The notes: generated by a model not told the origin, from the sequence alone. 64,000 nucleotides of DNA from Octopus sinensis (GCF_006345805.1 NC_043024.1:2666001-2730000); one strand, 5' to 3'; shown: positions 25,901 to 51,472, numbered from the stretch's first letter. Numbers and translations: made by a program.

Positions 25901-28043
25901 ATCCTTGTGTATAAGGAACTTTCTAATTTTGGGGGCTTAAAATTCAAAAAATAGGTTTTATAAGGGTTTATAATAATATCCATGGTTAAGAAACTTCCAT
26001 ATTTTTTAAACCTAATTTTTGACAAAAAAGGGTTCCTTTTTACACGTTAATGTCAATGTACCATATTTTAACATGTATAAGGAGCCTGCTAATTTTGGGG
26101 GCTTAAAATTTGGAAAATAGGTTTTATAAGGGTTTATAATAATATCCATGGTTAAGAAACTTCCATATTTTTTAAACTTAATTTTCGACAAAAAAGGGTT
26201 CCTTTTACACATTAAAATATGGTAATTTATTTAACCCCTCCACCAAAACTGCTAGCTTTGCACCAAAATTAGCTCCAGTGTGGAGATGGTAGAACTCTTA
26301 GCATGCCAGGCAAAGTGGTTAGCTGCATTTCATCCAACTGTCTTTTCTGAGTTCAAGTCCTACCAAGGTCAACTTTGCCTTTCCTCCTCTCAGGGTTCAT
26401 AAAATAAGTGCCAGTTATACACTGGGATTGATGCAGTCAACTTACACCCCTCCCCCGAAGTTGCTGGCCTTGTGCCAAAATTTGAAACCAACATTTTGAT
26501 AGAACTGTTATTATTTATGGTGAGTCAAAGTGCTGAGCTGGCAGAATCATTAGTGTACTGGACAAAATGTTTTGCAGTATTTCGTCTGTCGCTATGTTCT
26601 GAGTTCAAATTCCGCCGAGGTCGACTTTGCCTTTCATCCTTTCGGGGTCGATTAAATAAGTACCAGTTACGCACTGGGGTTGATATAATCGACTTAATCC
26701 GTTTGTCTGTCCTTGTTTGTCCTCTCTGTGTTTAGCCCCTTGTGGGTAGTAAAGAAATAGGAATTTCGCCTGTCAGTATGTTCTGAGTTCAAATTCCGCC
26801 AAGGTCGACTTAACCTTTCATCCTTTTGGGGTCGATTAAATAAGTACCAGTCAACTTACCCCTTCTCCACAAATTTCAGGCCTTGTGCCTATTGTAGAAA
26901 GGATTATTATTGTTGTTGTTCTTGTTAAGGCAGTGAGCTGGCAGAATCGTTAGCACACTGGACGAAATGCTTAGAGGTATTTCACCCATTGGTATGTTCT
27001 GAGTTCAAATTCCGCCAAGGTCAACTTTACCTTTCATCCTTTCGGGGTCAATAAATTATGTACCAGTTACGCACTGGGGTCAATGTAATTGATTCATCCC
27101 CTCCCCAAAATAGCTGCCCTTGTGGCAAAATTTGAAACCATTATTTATGGTGAAACAGATACACAAATAATAGTAAAGACTTCAAATTTTGGCACAAGGC
27201 CCACTAGTTCAGGGGACACTGGTCCATTGAAGGATTTCTCATTTTTGCCAGCTGAGTGGACTGGAGCAACATGAAATGAAGTGTTTTGCTCAAGAACACA
27301 ATTCACTGCCCGGTCTAGGAGTCAAAACCACAATCTTACGATCATGAGTCCAACGCCCGAAATACTAAGTCACACACCTTCACATTCAGTCAGGTTGACA
27401 CCTTAATAATACTAATAGTAGTAATAATGAAAGGAATAATAATAATATTCATAATAATATTCATAGGTGCAGGAGTGGCTGTGTGGTAAGTAGCTTGCTA
27501 ACCAACCACATGGTTCCGGGTTCAGTCCCACTGCGTGGCACCTTGGGCAAGTGTCTTCTGCTATAGCCCCGGCCGACCAATGCCTTGTGAGTGGATTTGG
27601 TAGACGGAAACCGAAAGAAGCCCGTCGTATATATGTGTATATTTATATGTGTGTGTGTGTATATGTTTGTGTGTCTCTGTTTGTCCCCCTAGCATTGCTT
27701 GACAACCGATGCTGATGTGTTTATGTCCCCGTCACTTAGCGGTTCGGCAAAAGAGACCGATAGAATAAGTACTGGGTTTATAAAGAATAAGTCCCGGGGT
27801 CGATTTGCTCGACTAAAGGCGGTGCTCCAGCATGGCCGCAGTCAAATGACTGAAATAAGTTTAAAAAAAAAGAAAAAAAAAAAGAATAATGTCTGAATGA
27901 TGATGATGATGATGATGATGATTATATAAAGTCTTATTTCTTATTGCTTCCCACAGATGGAGACACTGAATGATTTATCGGCCCCTGTGAAAAAATATCC
28001 GCATACCGTCAATGCTAAGTTTAATGCTATGCGCCTGAAGTAA
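8077..28043 (+). CDS. Aldo-keto reductase, YajO/Tas/aryl-alcohol-dehydrogenase-like, 8 coding exons, 361 aa
   Basis: Exons 8077-8166, 11434-11585, 15619-15781, 16627-16800, 17537-17634, 21738-21919, 22717-22856, 27957-28043; all GT-AG and phase-compatible, 1086 nt. Motifs: [30 protein letters not shown] (Asp, Tyr), VIATK (Lys), DLYQAH (His), [33 protein letters not shown]. Confidence 0.95.
11434..11585 (+). CDS. AKR coding exon 2
   Basis: tag acceptor, ...[24 protein letters not shown], gtaag donor. Confidence 0.93.
12695..12732 (-). ncRNA. Minimal hammerhead motif with U3-A8 variant core
   Basis: cag TTGAAAA ggtc-tcaaaat-gacc GAAAC-cg-GTA ctg; relatives at 8295-8324(-) and 29071-29109(+). 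Confidence 0.68.
13815..14235 (+). mobile_element. tRNA-derived SINE, family B (GGCGCAGGAGTGGCTGTGTGGTAAG... internal (TA)/(TG) tract ... GAAACAAGTAAAAGAG tail)
   Basis: Many copies: ~6265-6672(-), 6922-7326(+), 22155-22525(-), 23420-23825(-), 24758-25155(+), 27465-27860(+), 39130-39547(-), 51060-51400(+), 52752-53507(-). Confidence 0.85.
14240..14877 (+). mobile_element. SINE family D with RTE-like 3' end (GGACGTTAAACGATGATG) and internal GTGCCGGTGGCACGTAAAAAGCACC repeats
   Basis: Copies ~11040-11290(+), 30430-31220(-), 34020-34770(-), 45010-45390(-), 46700-47080(-), 54690-55030(-). Confidence 0.75.
15619..15781 (+). CDS. AKR coding exon 3
   Basis: [14 protein letters not shown]...[27 protein letters not shown], gtaag donor. 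Confidence 0.93.
16322..16548. repeat. 21-bp tandem repeat (CCTATTCCGTCTCCAAAGACT-like)
   Basis: About 10 degenerate units upstream of AKR exon 4. Confidence 0.85.
16627..16800 (+). CDS. AKR coding exon 4
   Basis: [41 protein letters not shown]..., gtaag donor. Confidence 0.93.
17055..17123 (+). ncRNA. Type I hammerhead ribozyme motif
   Basis: tac CTGAAGA ttgactgt...acagccat GAAAC-gatc-GTA gtg. Confidence 0.68.
17537..17634 (+). CDS. AKR coding exon 5
   Basis: [33 protein letters not shown], gtaag donor. Confidence 0.93.
17900..20160. repeat. Intronic minisatellite, 105/108-bp unit built from ~50-bp TTGACCAT-subunits
   Basis: ttgaccataactgacctaggcccgcataccttcattatcacccttgaccatagctgaccaaggggcactc... 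repeated; a third subunit type is mixed in at the 5' end. Confidence 0.95.
20530..20752. repeat. (GAT)n/(GGT)n microsatellite
   Basis: Direct reading. Confidence 0.95.
20780..21100 (+). mobile_element. CR1-like LINE 3' fragment with (TTAAC)n tail
   Basis: LRGHSEKLY...[17 protein letters not shown]; further copies at 21412-21652(+) and 15838-16110(-). Confidence 0.75.
21738..21919 (+). CDS. AKR coding exon 6
   Basis: [20 protein letters not shown]...[12 protein letters not shown], gtaag donor. Confidence 0.92.
22717..22856 (+). CDS. AKR coding exon 7
   Basis: [46 protein letters not shown], gtaggg donor. Confidence 0.93.
23020..23420 (+). mobile_element. CR1/L2-like LINE 3' fragment
   Basis: [12 protein letters not shown]...[17 protein letters not shown]; its 3'UTR recurs inverted at ~56400-56585. 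Confidence 0.78.
23865..24720 (+). mobile_element. Degenerate RTE-clade LINE reverse transcriptase fragment interrupted by a SINE
   Basis: LDEMQFDFM...[14 protein letters not shown]...FFDLEK; [16 protein letters not shown]...YVDDLVL; SINE head at ~24252-24410. Confidence 0.85.
25877..26224. mobile_element. MITE with TACCATATTTTAA terminal inverted repeats and internal duplication
   Basis: taccatattttaacatgtataagga ... tccttttacacattaaaatatggta. Confidence 0.65.
27957..28043 (+). CDS. AKR coding exon 8 (terminal)
   Basis: cacag acceptor, [28 protein letters not shown]. Confidence 0.9.
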   Translation: METLNDLSAPVKKYPHTVNAKFNAMRLK

Positions 28044-28595
28044 CACAGCTATCACTATACATTTCACATGTGTTATATACACCACATTGTGGGTGTATAC
28101 ACACTATCCCATGGATGTATACATATACAAATGCAAACACATACACAGTATACCACAGAAGTACATATGCATATCTATCTATCTATCTTTAGTTTGATTT
28201 GAAAACCCCACTAGAATGGGAGAAAGCGCTAATGATCTAAGTGATATGATATATATATCAAAAATGTAATATATAAATAAAGATCTGTAAATACAAACCA
28301 TCCGATCTTCTGAGTACCTTATTTCTTCTAATATATATATATATATATATATACAATTTAAAAATAGGATAAAATCTTCATAAGAATTTATCAAGTAGTC
28401 AGCGTGAAAACCTCATAAGAGAAAAATATCCACCAATTTTTTCATTTAAATATATTTATTTATATTATATAGAGGGCATTATTACACATAAATGCCACAT
28501 GCTAGGAGGGACTCTTAAAGTCAAAACTACTAAAATAAATAAACATATCGTACCGAATGCAACTCTCGGAGCAAGTCATTTAAAAACAGAGTTCA

Positions 28596-28661
28596 GCTGC
28601 AGATCACCTGTGATTTCATAATCAGTGCAGTGGTCTGCACTTTTTACTCATCAGTGCAAGC
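28596..28661 (-). ncRNA. Type I hammerhead ribozyme motif
   Basis: tgca CTGATGA gtaa..agtgcag-acca-ctgcact..ttat GAAA tcac-ag-gtga TC tgca; AUC site; sits between ~75-bp direct repeats (~28352-28425 and ~28852-28915). Confidence 0.8.
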
Positions 28662-29258
28662 ATAATTCAAGATTTATAATGAATAAACAAAATCAATATA
28701 CCAGATGAACAACCATCGTATCCAACGTAGTATATAGAACTGCTCACCCCTTATACATCTATGTAAATGGCAGGCTTTTTCGAATTGAATTTCAGTAACA
28801 ATGTGCTTATTCAGAATAAAAATTCAGTATTGAATATACTCTGGTTAAATTTACAATTTAAAAATAGGATAAAATCTTCATAAGAATTTATCAAGTAGTC
28901 AGCGGGAAAACCTCAACAGAGGTTCAGGCATCCACAAAGGAACAGAGAGAGAGAGACAGACTGTCTGAAAACTATGGAAATATTTACCTATTCAAGGACT
29001 ATGGAAATATCTACAAAACGTTTCACTTAATATTTTTCCCTCCAACTTAATTGTTTTCCCTATTTTACTCTTAGTTGAAAAAGTCTAAAATGACAGAAAC
29101 CGGCACTAAAATGTACTTCATGATAAAAATATTTTAGCATTTTCTATCTTGTCTTATTTTCTTTATACATCTCAACTCATGTGTTACTTTTCTACCTTCT
29201 ACACACACACATGTATATATTGTATGGTTATATATATATTTGTGTATGTACATGTATA

Positions 29259-29828
29259 TATTGGGTTATCCGGAAAGTTTGTGCTGATTTGTAAAGGAAA
29301 AAAAAGGTCAATAAATACTTGCCATTACATTTTTAATCAACCAAATATGAACCATTTTGTTGCACAATGCGTCTCCATCTTTCCTTTAACTTGAAAATAC
29401 CCTCTTCCCAGAATTGAGGTGGTTTCATGGCAAAGAATTCATCAAGGTATCTTTTTATGTCATCCAAGGAATTGAAATTGTTACCATTAAGACTATTCTA
29501 CAGAGACCTGAATAAGTGGAAATCCGAAGGAGCAATATCTGGTGAATATGGAGGTTGGGGTAACACATCCCAGCCAAGCCGCAGCAATTTTTGTCTGATT
29601 CCCAAAGCATCAAGTGCCGCAAATGAACTTTCTTATCTCCCATTTTAAAGGGTTACAGAATTATCACAGTTTATAAGAACATAAACCTTCTTCCACGAGA
29701 AGATAGCTTGAACCGTGCTCTAAATGGAGGTGGAGTCAAATCCTATTTTATGGGACTCAACCATGTTCTAAAATAAGTCGAAAGGTAAGCTGCTATAAAT
29801 CGGCACGAACTCTTCGGACAATCCAATA
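29259..29828 (-). mobile_element. Internally deleted mariner transposon
   Basis: TIRs TTGGGTTATCCGGAAAGTTTGTGCTGATTT / AAATCGGCACGAACTCTTCGGACAATCCAA, TA-flanked; PDIAPSDFHLFRSL motif on the - strand; more ends at ~30120-30175 and ~56670-56870. Confidence 0.8.
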
Positions 29829-32127
29829 TGTAAACTTGTGTGTATGTGAAGGCGCGTGGCTTACTGGTTAAGGTATTCGGCTCATGATGGTAAGGTGATG
29901 AGTTTGATACCTGGCAGTGGATTGTGTTCTTAAGCAAGACTCTTTATTTCACGTTTCTCCGATCCACTCAGCTGACAAAATCAAGTTGTCCCTTTATTTC
30001 AAAAGGGACCAACCTTGTCACACTCTGTTATCACTCTGAATCTCCCTGAGAACTACGTTAAGTGCGAGTGTGTCTGTAAAGCACTCAGCCGCTTGCACAT
30101 TCATTTCACGAGCAAGCTGTTAAGTCGAAAGGTAAGCTACCATAAATAGGCACGAACTTTCCGGACAACCCAATATATATAAATGTTACAACATAAGTAG
30201 ATATGCATGTGCATGTATAAATATGTATGTGCATTAATGCAAATGTATATACGTTAATATACCTTTCTGAATACACGTGTCGACCAAAAGTGAATGACAA
30301 ACCTTCTGGGGGTCTGCAAAACCACTGCACAGCATTTAAACAAGAACAACAACACCAGCACAAATATATCAGATACAGTAAAGCATGGGAAGCGGACGTT
30401 AAACGATGATGATAATGATGATGATCATCATCATTTAGTGTCCGCTTTCCATGCTAACATGGGTTGGACGGGTCAACTAGCCAGAAAGCTGCACCAGGCC
30501 CAGTCTGATCTGGCAATGTTTCTACAGCAAGATACCCTTCCTAACGCCAACTACTCCATGAGTGTAGTGGGTGCTTTTTACATGCAACCGGCACAGGTGC
30601 CAGACGAGGCTGGCAAACAGCCACAATCGGATGGTGCTTTTTATATGCCACCGGCACGGGGGCCAGGCGAGGCTGGCAACAGCCACGATCAGATGGTGCT
30701 TTTTACGTGCCACCAGCACGGGGCCAGGCGGGGCGGCGCTGGCAATGGCCACGTTTGGATGGTTCTCTTACGATGATGATGAATAACCCCACCAAAAAAA
30801 AATTAGAGTGATACTCTCTGGAATGGATGACATCTTTCTTATTACCATCATTTCATCATTAAACGTCCGTTTTCCATGCTAGCATGGGTTGGACGGTTCA
30901 ACCGGGGTCTGGTAAGGCATGGAGGCTGCACCAGGCTCCAGTCTGGTTTGGCAGTGTTTTTACAGCTGGATGCTCTTCCTAACGTCAACCACTCCGTTTT
31001 TTACATGCCACCGGCACAGGGGCCAGAGGAGGCTGGCAAACGGCCATGATTGGTTGGTGCTTTTACGTGTCACCGACATGGATGCCAGTCAGGTGGCGCT
31101 GGCATCTTCCACATTTGGACGGTGCTTTTTATATGTCATCGGTACAGGTGTCTTAACTACAATTTCCATTTGATTTTTATTTTGATGTTGATGTTGACGT
31201 ACTTGAGTCAATAGGTCTCAAAAACAGAAATCGATCACTTTAGATCACAGATAACTGAAAAACACAAATTAGAATTGTGTTCCTTCTTTTGGAAATGTCA
31301 TAAGTGACATATCTAATTAATCATTAAACGAGATAAGGTTTTATTTAAGGAAAAGATATGGAAAAATTGCATCAAACTTTTGAAGCTGAAATCAGTGAAA
31401 CCAGGTCTGGGTCAGTTGAATATGACTTCTTTCCTATGCTGAAAAGCTCAAAAAAGTATATAGGCTGTGTGGTAAGTAGCTTGCTTACCAACCACATGGT
31501 TCTGGGTTCAGTCCCACTGCATGGCACCTTGGGCAAGTGTCTTCTACTTTAGCTCCAGACTGACTACAGCCTTGTGAGTGGATTTGGTAGACAGAAACTG
31601 AAAGAAGCCTGTCGTATATATATATATATGACGAAAGGTGTGTGTGTATGTGTGTCCAACCATTAGCTTGATCCCACGTAAAATCAATATTTTTCATCTG
31701 ATTTCATTCATGCTTGGCAAATACATCCCTTATGTTCCACAGAAGGTTCTACACTCTTTAGATTTGTCACTTATGGAATAATATGAAGTAATGGGGCATC
31801 TAGGTTCAGAAAGTCAGAAAAACCTTCTATAGTGACTATTGTTGACAAGGGGGGTAACTCTTTGCGAAGTAACATTCAGAAAATTATTGTCTCCCTTATA
31901 CAAGTAGGTGCATGTGTGTGTGTGTGTGTGTGTGGCCTCATTCTCAGACGACAATTGTACAACATCCACAAACTCAAACAGTGGGTTGACCTGTAAGTGG
32001 ACATCCATTATGCTAGAAGAAGATCTGCTATGATCTTACCACTAAGAAAGGAATGTTCTCAAGAAAATTTAGCAAACGCCAGAATGCAAGCGAGCAAGAC
32101 AAATGAAAAGATAGAAAATATAGATTA

Positions 32128-32199
32128 ATCACAAACCAGGTTTCGTTGTTAACGCTTACATAATCATTTACGTAATTATCCGCAACTCATCAGTGTGAT
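32128..32199 (-). ncRNA. Type I hammerhead ribozyme motif
   Basis: atcaca CTGATGA gttg...caac GAAAC-ctg-GTT tgtgat; within a partial tandem repeat (~31996-32151 and ~32536-32682). Confidence 0.8.
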
Positions 32200-35100
32200 A
32201 GTCTTTGCAAATATAATTTGAAGAACTATATACAAAACATCCGCATGAGATCGAACATGTATACAGTTCTACCAATTACAATTGGGGTGACATTTCGAAA
32301 GTCTTCATTTTAGCGCGCCAAACTACCGGAAATAATTCCGCAGAAAATAATTCTCTGCAGTAAAATTTTACCAGTTAGAGAACATAGATATTTAAATTTA
32401 AATTTAAAATAATAAGGGATAAAAATTGAATATTAATTTGATGAACATCAATTTAAAACCAGTGGTCTAGCACATTGAAAAATCTGAAGTTTCAGAAAAA
32501 ATTATATTACATACATATAACGGGGATGACCACTGAGTGGACATCCATTATGCTAGAAGAAGATCCACTATGGTCTTACCACTAAGAAAGGAATGTTCTC
32601 AAGAAAACGCCAGAATGCAAGTGAGCAAGACAAATGAAAAGATACAAAATATAGATTAATCACGAACCAGATTTCGTTGTTATATATGCATGTATATATA
32701 TATATCATCATCATCATCATCATTGTTTAACATCCGCTTTCCATGCTAGCATGGGTTGGATGGTTCAATTGGGGTCTGGGAAGACAGAAGGCTGCACCAG
32801 GTCAGTCAGATCTGGTAGTGTTTCTACGGCTGGATGCCCTTGTAGTGGATGCTTTTTATGTGCCACCGACACAAGTGCCAGGGGAGTCTTGCGACAGTTT
32901 CTGTCTAAGAATTTGCTTACAAGGCTCATTAGTCAACCTGGAGTTGTAGTAGAAGACACCTGCCCAAGGTGCCACTTGGGTGGGAAGGGTGAACACGCAA
33001 AAAAAACACACAGTGTTGCAAAGAAAGCTTCTTTACCACACCCATTTCTGCCCTAGTCCAACTGTTTATTAATTCTACCAATGTATCAGCCCACTGCCAC
33101 CACCACCACTACCATGCTGCGACCATAACCACTACTGCAACCACCACCGCTACCACCACCATCACCACTTGTTACTGTTGTTGTAAATTGATAACAATAA
33201 AGAGCAAGCTTAGCAGTGATAAATCTTTTGCCCAGGAACAGTCTGTTACATCACACTGAAGATAATTTCTTGATTGCATTGCAGTTACACGTGACTCGTG
33301 TCAATGGCAGGCACGTCCACCCCCCACCCCCACCCCCCCGGGGATCAAGGGAGGGCAGTGCCTGTGACCTTCTTCGAGCGATAAAATGTGACCGATATAA
33401 TTCTGGAGGCAACGGCTGATGTGCTTCGGCTGTAGACCTGCTTGGTTAGTGATGACAGCGACAATAACAACAACAGCCACAACACCAGCTACAACAAACA
33501 CAACAATATCAACAATAACAACAACAATCATAACAACAACAAGAACAACAACAACACCAGCAACAACAGCCGTCCAAGAATTTGGACCTGGAGATCTCCA
33601 TTTCCAGTGACTTCGAGGGGCCACCTCCCAATGGTGTCGGGTGTCGAGGAAGAGCCCTCGACTACAACAAGACGACCAAAGTTTTTTTTTTTGTTTTCCA
33701 AGGTCTGGGGTCTCCCGCCCCTAAGCCCTACACCATCCCCTAATCACCCTTACCCGTCTTGTTGCTTAACAACAACAACAACAATAGCTACAACAAACAT
33801 GACAATATCAACAGTAACGACAATCATAACAACAAGCATAACAACAACAATAACAACAACAACAAACTTCCTGACAACAACAGTGATCATAATGATACCT
33901 ACAACAGCAAACATAACAACACTAATAATTAAAATAAATAGATGTGCCCTTTTAAAGCCTAGCCAGGTTCATGGGCCCGGTTTCCCGGTTTCTCATCATC
34001 GTCATCATCAGCGTTGTCGCCATCGTTTAACGTCCGCTTTCCATGCTAGCATGGGTTGGACGGTTCGACCGGGGATCTGGGAGCCAGAAGGCTGCACCAG
34101 GCTCCAGTCTGATCTGGCAGTGTTTCTACAGCTGGATGCCCTTCCTAACGCCAACCACTCTATGAGTGTAGTGGGTGCTTTTTATGTGCCACTGGCACAG
34201 GTGCCAAACGAGGCTGGCAATGGCCACGATCGGATTGGTGCTTTTTAAGTGCCACCGGCACGGAAGCCTGTCAAGGTGGCGCTGGCATCAGCCACATTCG
34301 GATGGTGCTTTTTACGTGCCACTGGCACGGAAGTCAGTCAAGGCGGCGCTGGCATCGGCCACGTTCGGATGGTGCTTTTTATGTGCCACCGGCACGGAAG
34401 TCAGTCAAGGCGGCGCTGGCATCAGCCACGTTCGGATGGTGCTTTTTATGTACACGGAAGCCAGTCAAGGCGGCGCTGGGCTCGGCCACCTTCGGATGGT
34501 GCTTTTTATGTGCCACTGGCACGAAAGCCAGTCTAGGCGGTACTGGCATCGGCCATGTTCGGATAGCGCTTTTTATGTGCCACCAGCTCAGGGATCACAG
34601 CTGTAGCTTCCAATGATTTTTGATGTTGCTGTACTTGACTCAATGGATCTCCTCAAGCACAGGGTCGAAACGGTGTTTCTTTACTTGCTACCTGCACAGG
34701 AGTCAGTCCAGCGGCTCTGGCAACTGCCGGGTGCCAGTCATAGGATTGGTTCAATTTTGATTCTGATTTCTATGGCGTATATGTTCCCCAGCTGGACGGG
34801 ACACCAGTCCATCGCAGTGTTACTCATTTTTGCCAGCTGAGTGAACTGGAGCAACGTGAAATGAAGTGTTTTGCTGAAGAACACAACACGTCACCCAGTC
34901 CAGGAATCGAAACCACAATCTTACGATCATGGTGCTGATACCCTAACCACTAAGCCACGTGCCTCCACACACTACCAATTGTGTGAAGTCAAAAGTTTTG
35001 TAATATTTCAGTAACTTTAAGATGGTAAGCTGGCAGAATCGTTAGCACACCTGGCAAAATGCTTAGTGGTATTTTGTCTTCCGCTATGTTCTGAGTTCAA

Positions 35101-35296
35101 ATTCTGCCAAGGTCGATTTTGCCTTTCATCCTTTCAGGGTCAACAAATTAAGTACCAGTTACACACTGGGGTTGATGTGGTCGATTATCCCCCTCCCCAC
35201 AAATTTCAGGCCTTATGCCTATAATAGAAAAGATTATTATTATTATCATCATTATTATTAGTAGTGATGGTGGTGGTGGTGGTGGTGGCAGTGGTG

Positions 35297-35336
<40 letters not shown>

Positions 35337-35572
35337 CCTTGAGGCCCCAAGAATCAGCAGCAATTTCTTCCACAGCTGCCGAAGTTCTCACCAATTATCA
35401 GAAGAGTTCTTTTGTGCTAAGATTCCAGTTTTCTTTTTTAAAATTTTATTTTATTTTACATTGGTTTTTCTTTTTCTTCCTCTCCCTCCTTTTAAGTCAT
35501 TGTCAATATCTTAAACAATTATCTCGACTAATCAAATTTCTGTAAAACTTGTCATATAGAGATTATTTTGGG

Positions 35573-35592
35573 TGATAAGGAACCCCTATAAA
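35573..35592 (+). promoter_or_regulatory. GATA site and TATA box of the pacifastin gene
   Basis: TGATAAG at 35573-35579 and TATAAA at 35587-35592, 50 nt upstream of the signal-peptide ATG. Confidence 0.6.
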
Positions 35593-35641
35593 TTGGCTGC
35601 GTGACACCTAGAGGTAGTTCATTTTGTTCTGACTGGAAAAG

Positions 35642-49396
<13,755 letters not shown>

Positions 49397-49422
49397 GGGT
49401 AAGTCTTCAACATCATTGATAT

Positions 49423-49651
49423 TTAACCTTTTCATGACCAACCCGGCTGAAACCGGTCCGGTTCTTTAGTACAAATGTCTTGTTTTCATAAGTTTTTAAT
49501 TAATATCTTCCACTAAATCTTAGTCACAATTTATGTTACTAACACTAGCTTAATGATAACGAAGTTATTTTACTAAATTCTTTGTTATATTTAAAATTAA
49601 TTGAAAGAAACACAGAGCATCTCAACAGAAATATGGTAACAAAAGGGTTAA
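49423..49651. mobile_element. piggyBac-like MITE (TTAA-flanked) followed by partial tandem copies to ~49950
   Basis: TTAACCTTTTC...AAAAGGGTTAA ends. Confidence 0.65.
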
Positions 49652-50329
49652 AATATATAATAGAGAAACAATTCTTAACCCTTTCAATACCAGCTCGGCT
49701 GAAACCGGTCCGGTTCTTTAGTATAAATGTCTTGTTTTCATAAGTTTTGAATTAATATCTTCCACCAAATCTTAGTCACAATTTATGTTACTAACACTGG
49801 CTCTTTAGTATAAATGTCTTGTTTTCATAAGTTCTGAATTAAACTCTTCCACCAAACCTTAGTCACAATTTATGTTCCTAACACTAGCTTAATGATAACT
49901 AAGTTATTATACTAAATTCTTTGTTATATTTAAAATTAATTCAAAGAAAATTTTGGCACAAGGCCAGCAAGTTTGAAGGCATGAGTAAGTCGATAACATC
50001 AACCCCAGTGCATAACTTGTACTTATTTTATCAACCCTGAAATGATGGAAGGCAAAGTTGGCCTATGCAGAATTTGAACTCAGAGCATAAAGATGGACAA
50101 AATTCTGCTAAGTACTCTGTCGAGGAAGTTAACAATTCTGCCATCTTGCCGCCTTTATACTGACAGATATTGTGTATTATAAAGCTAGAGGTACAGGGTT
50201 CAAATCTCTTCAGATTCTATTGATTTTTTTTTATTAGAGTGAAAGATCATAGAATTGGATGAGACCTTAAAATGAAATTCCTTATATGCTGTTTGTATGA
50301 TTAACTTTTTTTTTTTTTTTATATTTCAG

Positions 50330-50450
50330 AGGTTAGATTAAATTCTAGTGAGACCAAGAAAATTCCAGAATAAACTGAAGGAAAATATTGGCCTGATTTG
50401 GAAATGAACAATTCAAAGAAATAAAATTCCTAAAATATTGTTAATATTTG
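50330..50450 (+). other. Non-coding 3'UTR exon of pacifastin gene 1
   Basis: Long poly-T tract + cag acceptor, AATAAA signals; homologous to 63632-63745. Confidence 0.65.
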
Positions 50451-50756
50451 AATTTATTCATTTATTTTATAATCATCATCATCATCATCACTGTCATTTT
50501 TTAAATTCATTTTCCTTGCTGGCATGGCTAGGATAGTCTGATAGGATTCAAAGGGTTGATGGACCATATATCCCTCCAATGTCTCGCTTTTGGCATGGTT
50601 CTTTGCAGCTGGATGTCCTTCGTGATACCAACCACTTTACGGAGTGTTTTAGCTGCATTTTATGGCACCAGCACTGTAGAGGTTGCCTTACCATCTACAT
50701 GATCAAACACTTCTCTCAAGTCTTACATTGCAGATCAATTACTAAACCATTATAGC

Positions 50757-50992
50757 AGTGGTCCCTAACCGAGGTCCATATCATCCCTGGGGGCCCACAT
50801 AACATTTTGTTGTTAAAATTTATTGCAATAAAATTGGTTATAGTTCTACAAGACACAAGAAATTTTAATTTGTTTTTATACAATTCCTAAATTCCTAACA
50901 ATATTTAATTACAAAAATATGATAGGATTTAATTTAAGTGGAGTAAAATAAAAATCAAAAGGGTCCACAGGTGAAAAATGGTTGAGAACCAC
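50757..50992. mobile_element. hAT/Charlie-like MITE remnant
   Basis: CAGTGGTCCCTAACC ... GGTTGAGAACCAC termini. Confidence 0.5.
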
Positions 50993-51119
50993 CAACTTAG
51001 AATGCATTAGGCTGTTTTTTTGGGTTTTTTTGTGGCACCTGCATTGTTAGGGGTTATCTTGGCCGACCAAAGCCTTGTGAGTGGATTTGGTAGACGGAAA
51101 CTGAAAGAAGCTCATCGTA

Positions 51120-51186
<67 letters not shown>

Positions 51187-51472
51187 TTGTGTGTCTGCGT
51201 CTGTCCCTCTAGCATTGCTTGACAATCGATGCTGGTGGTGTTTACATCCCCGTCACTTAGCAGTTCGGCAAAAGAGACCGATAGAATAAGTACTGGGCTT
51301 ACAAAGAATAAGTCCCGGGGTCGAGTTGCTTGACTAAAGGCGGTGCTCCAGCATGGCCACAGTCAACTGACTGAAACAAGTAAAAGAGTAAAAGAGTAAA
51401 AGAGAGAAAGAGTAAAAGAGAGAAAGAGTAAAGAGAGGACGAGCATTTCTCCAAATCCAAAGCTGATCACAA

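Noticed and set aside
33419-34616. Thr/Asn-rich mucin-like ORFs
   Set aside because: (ACA)n repeats joined to SINE family D sequence; no convincing splice structure
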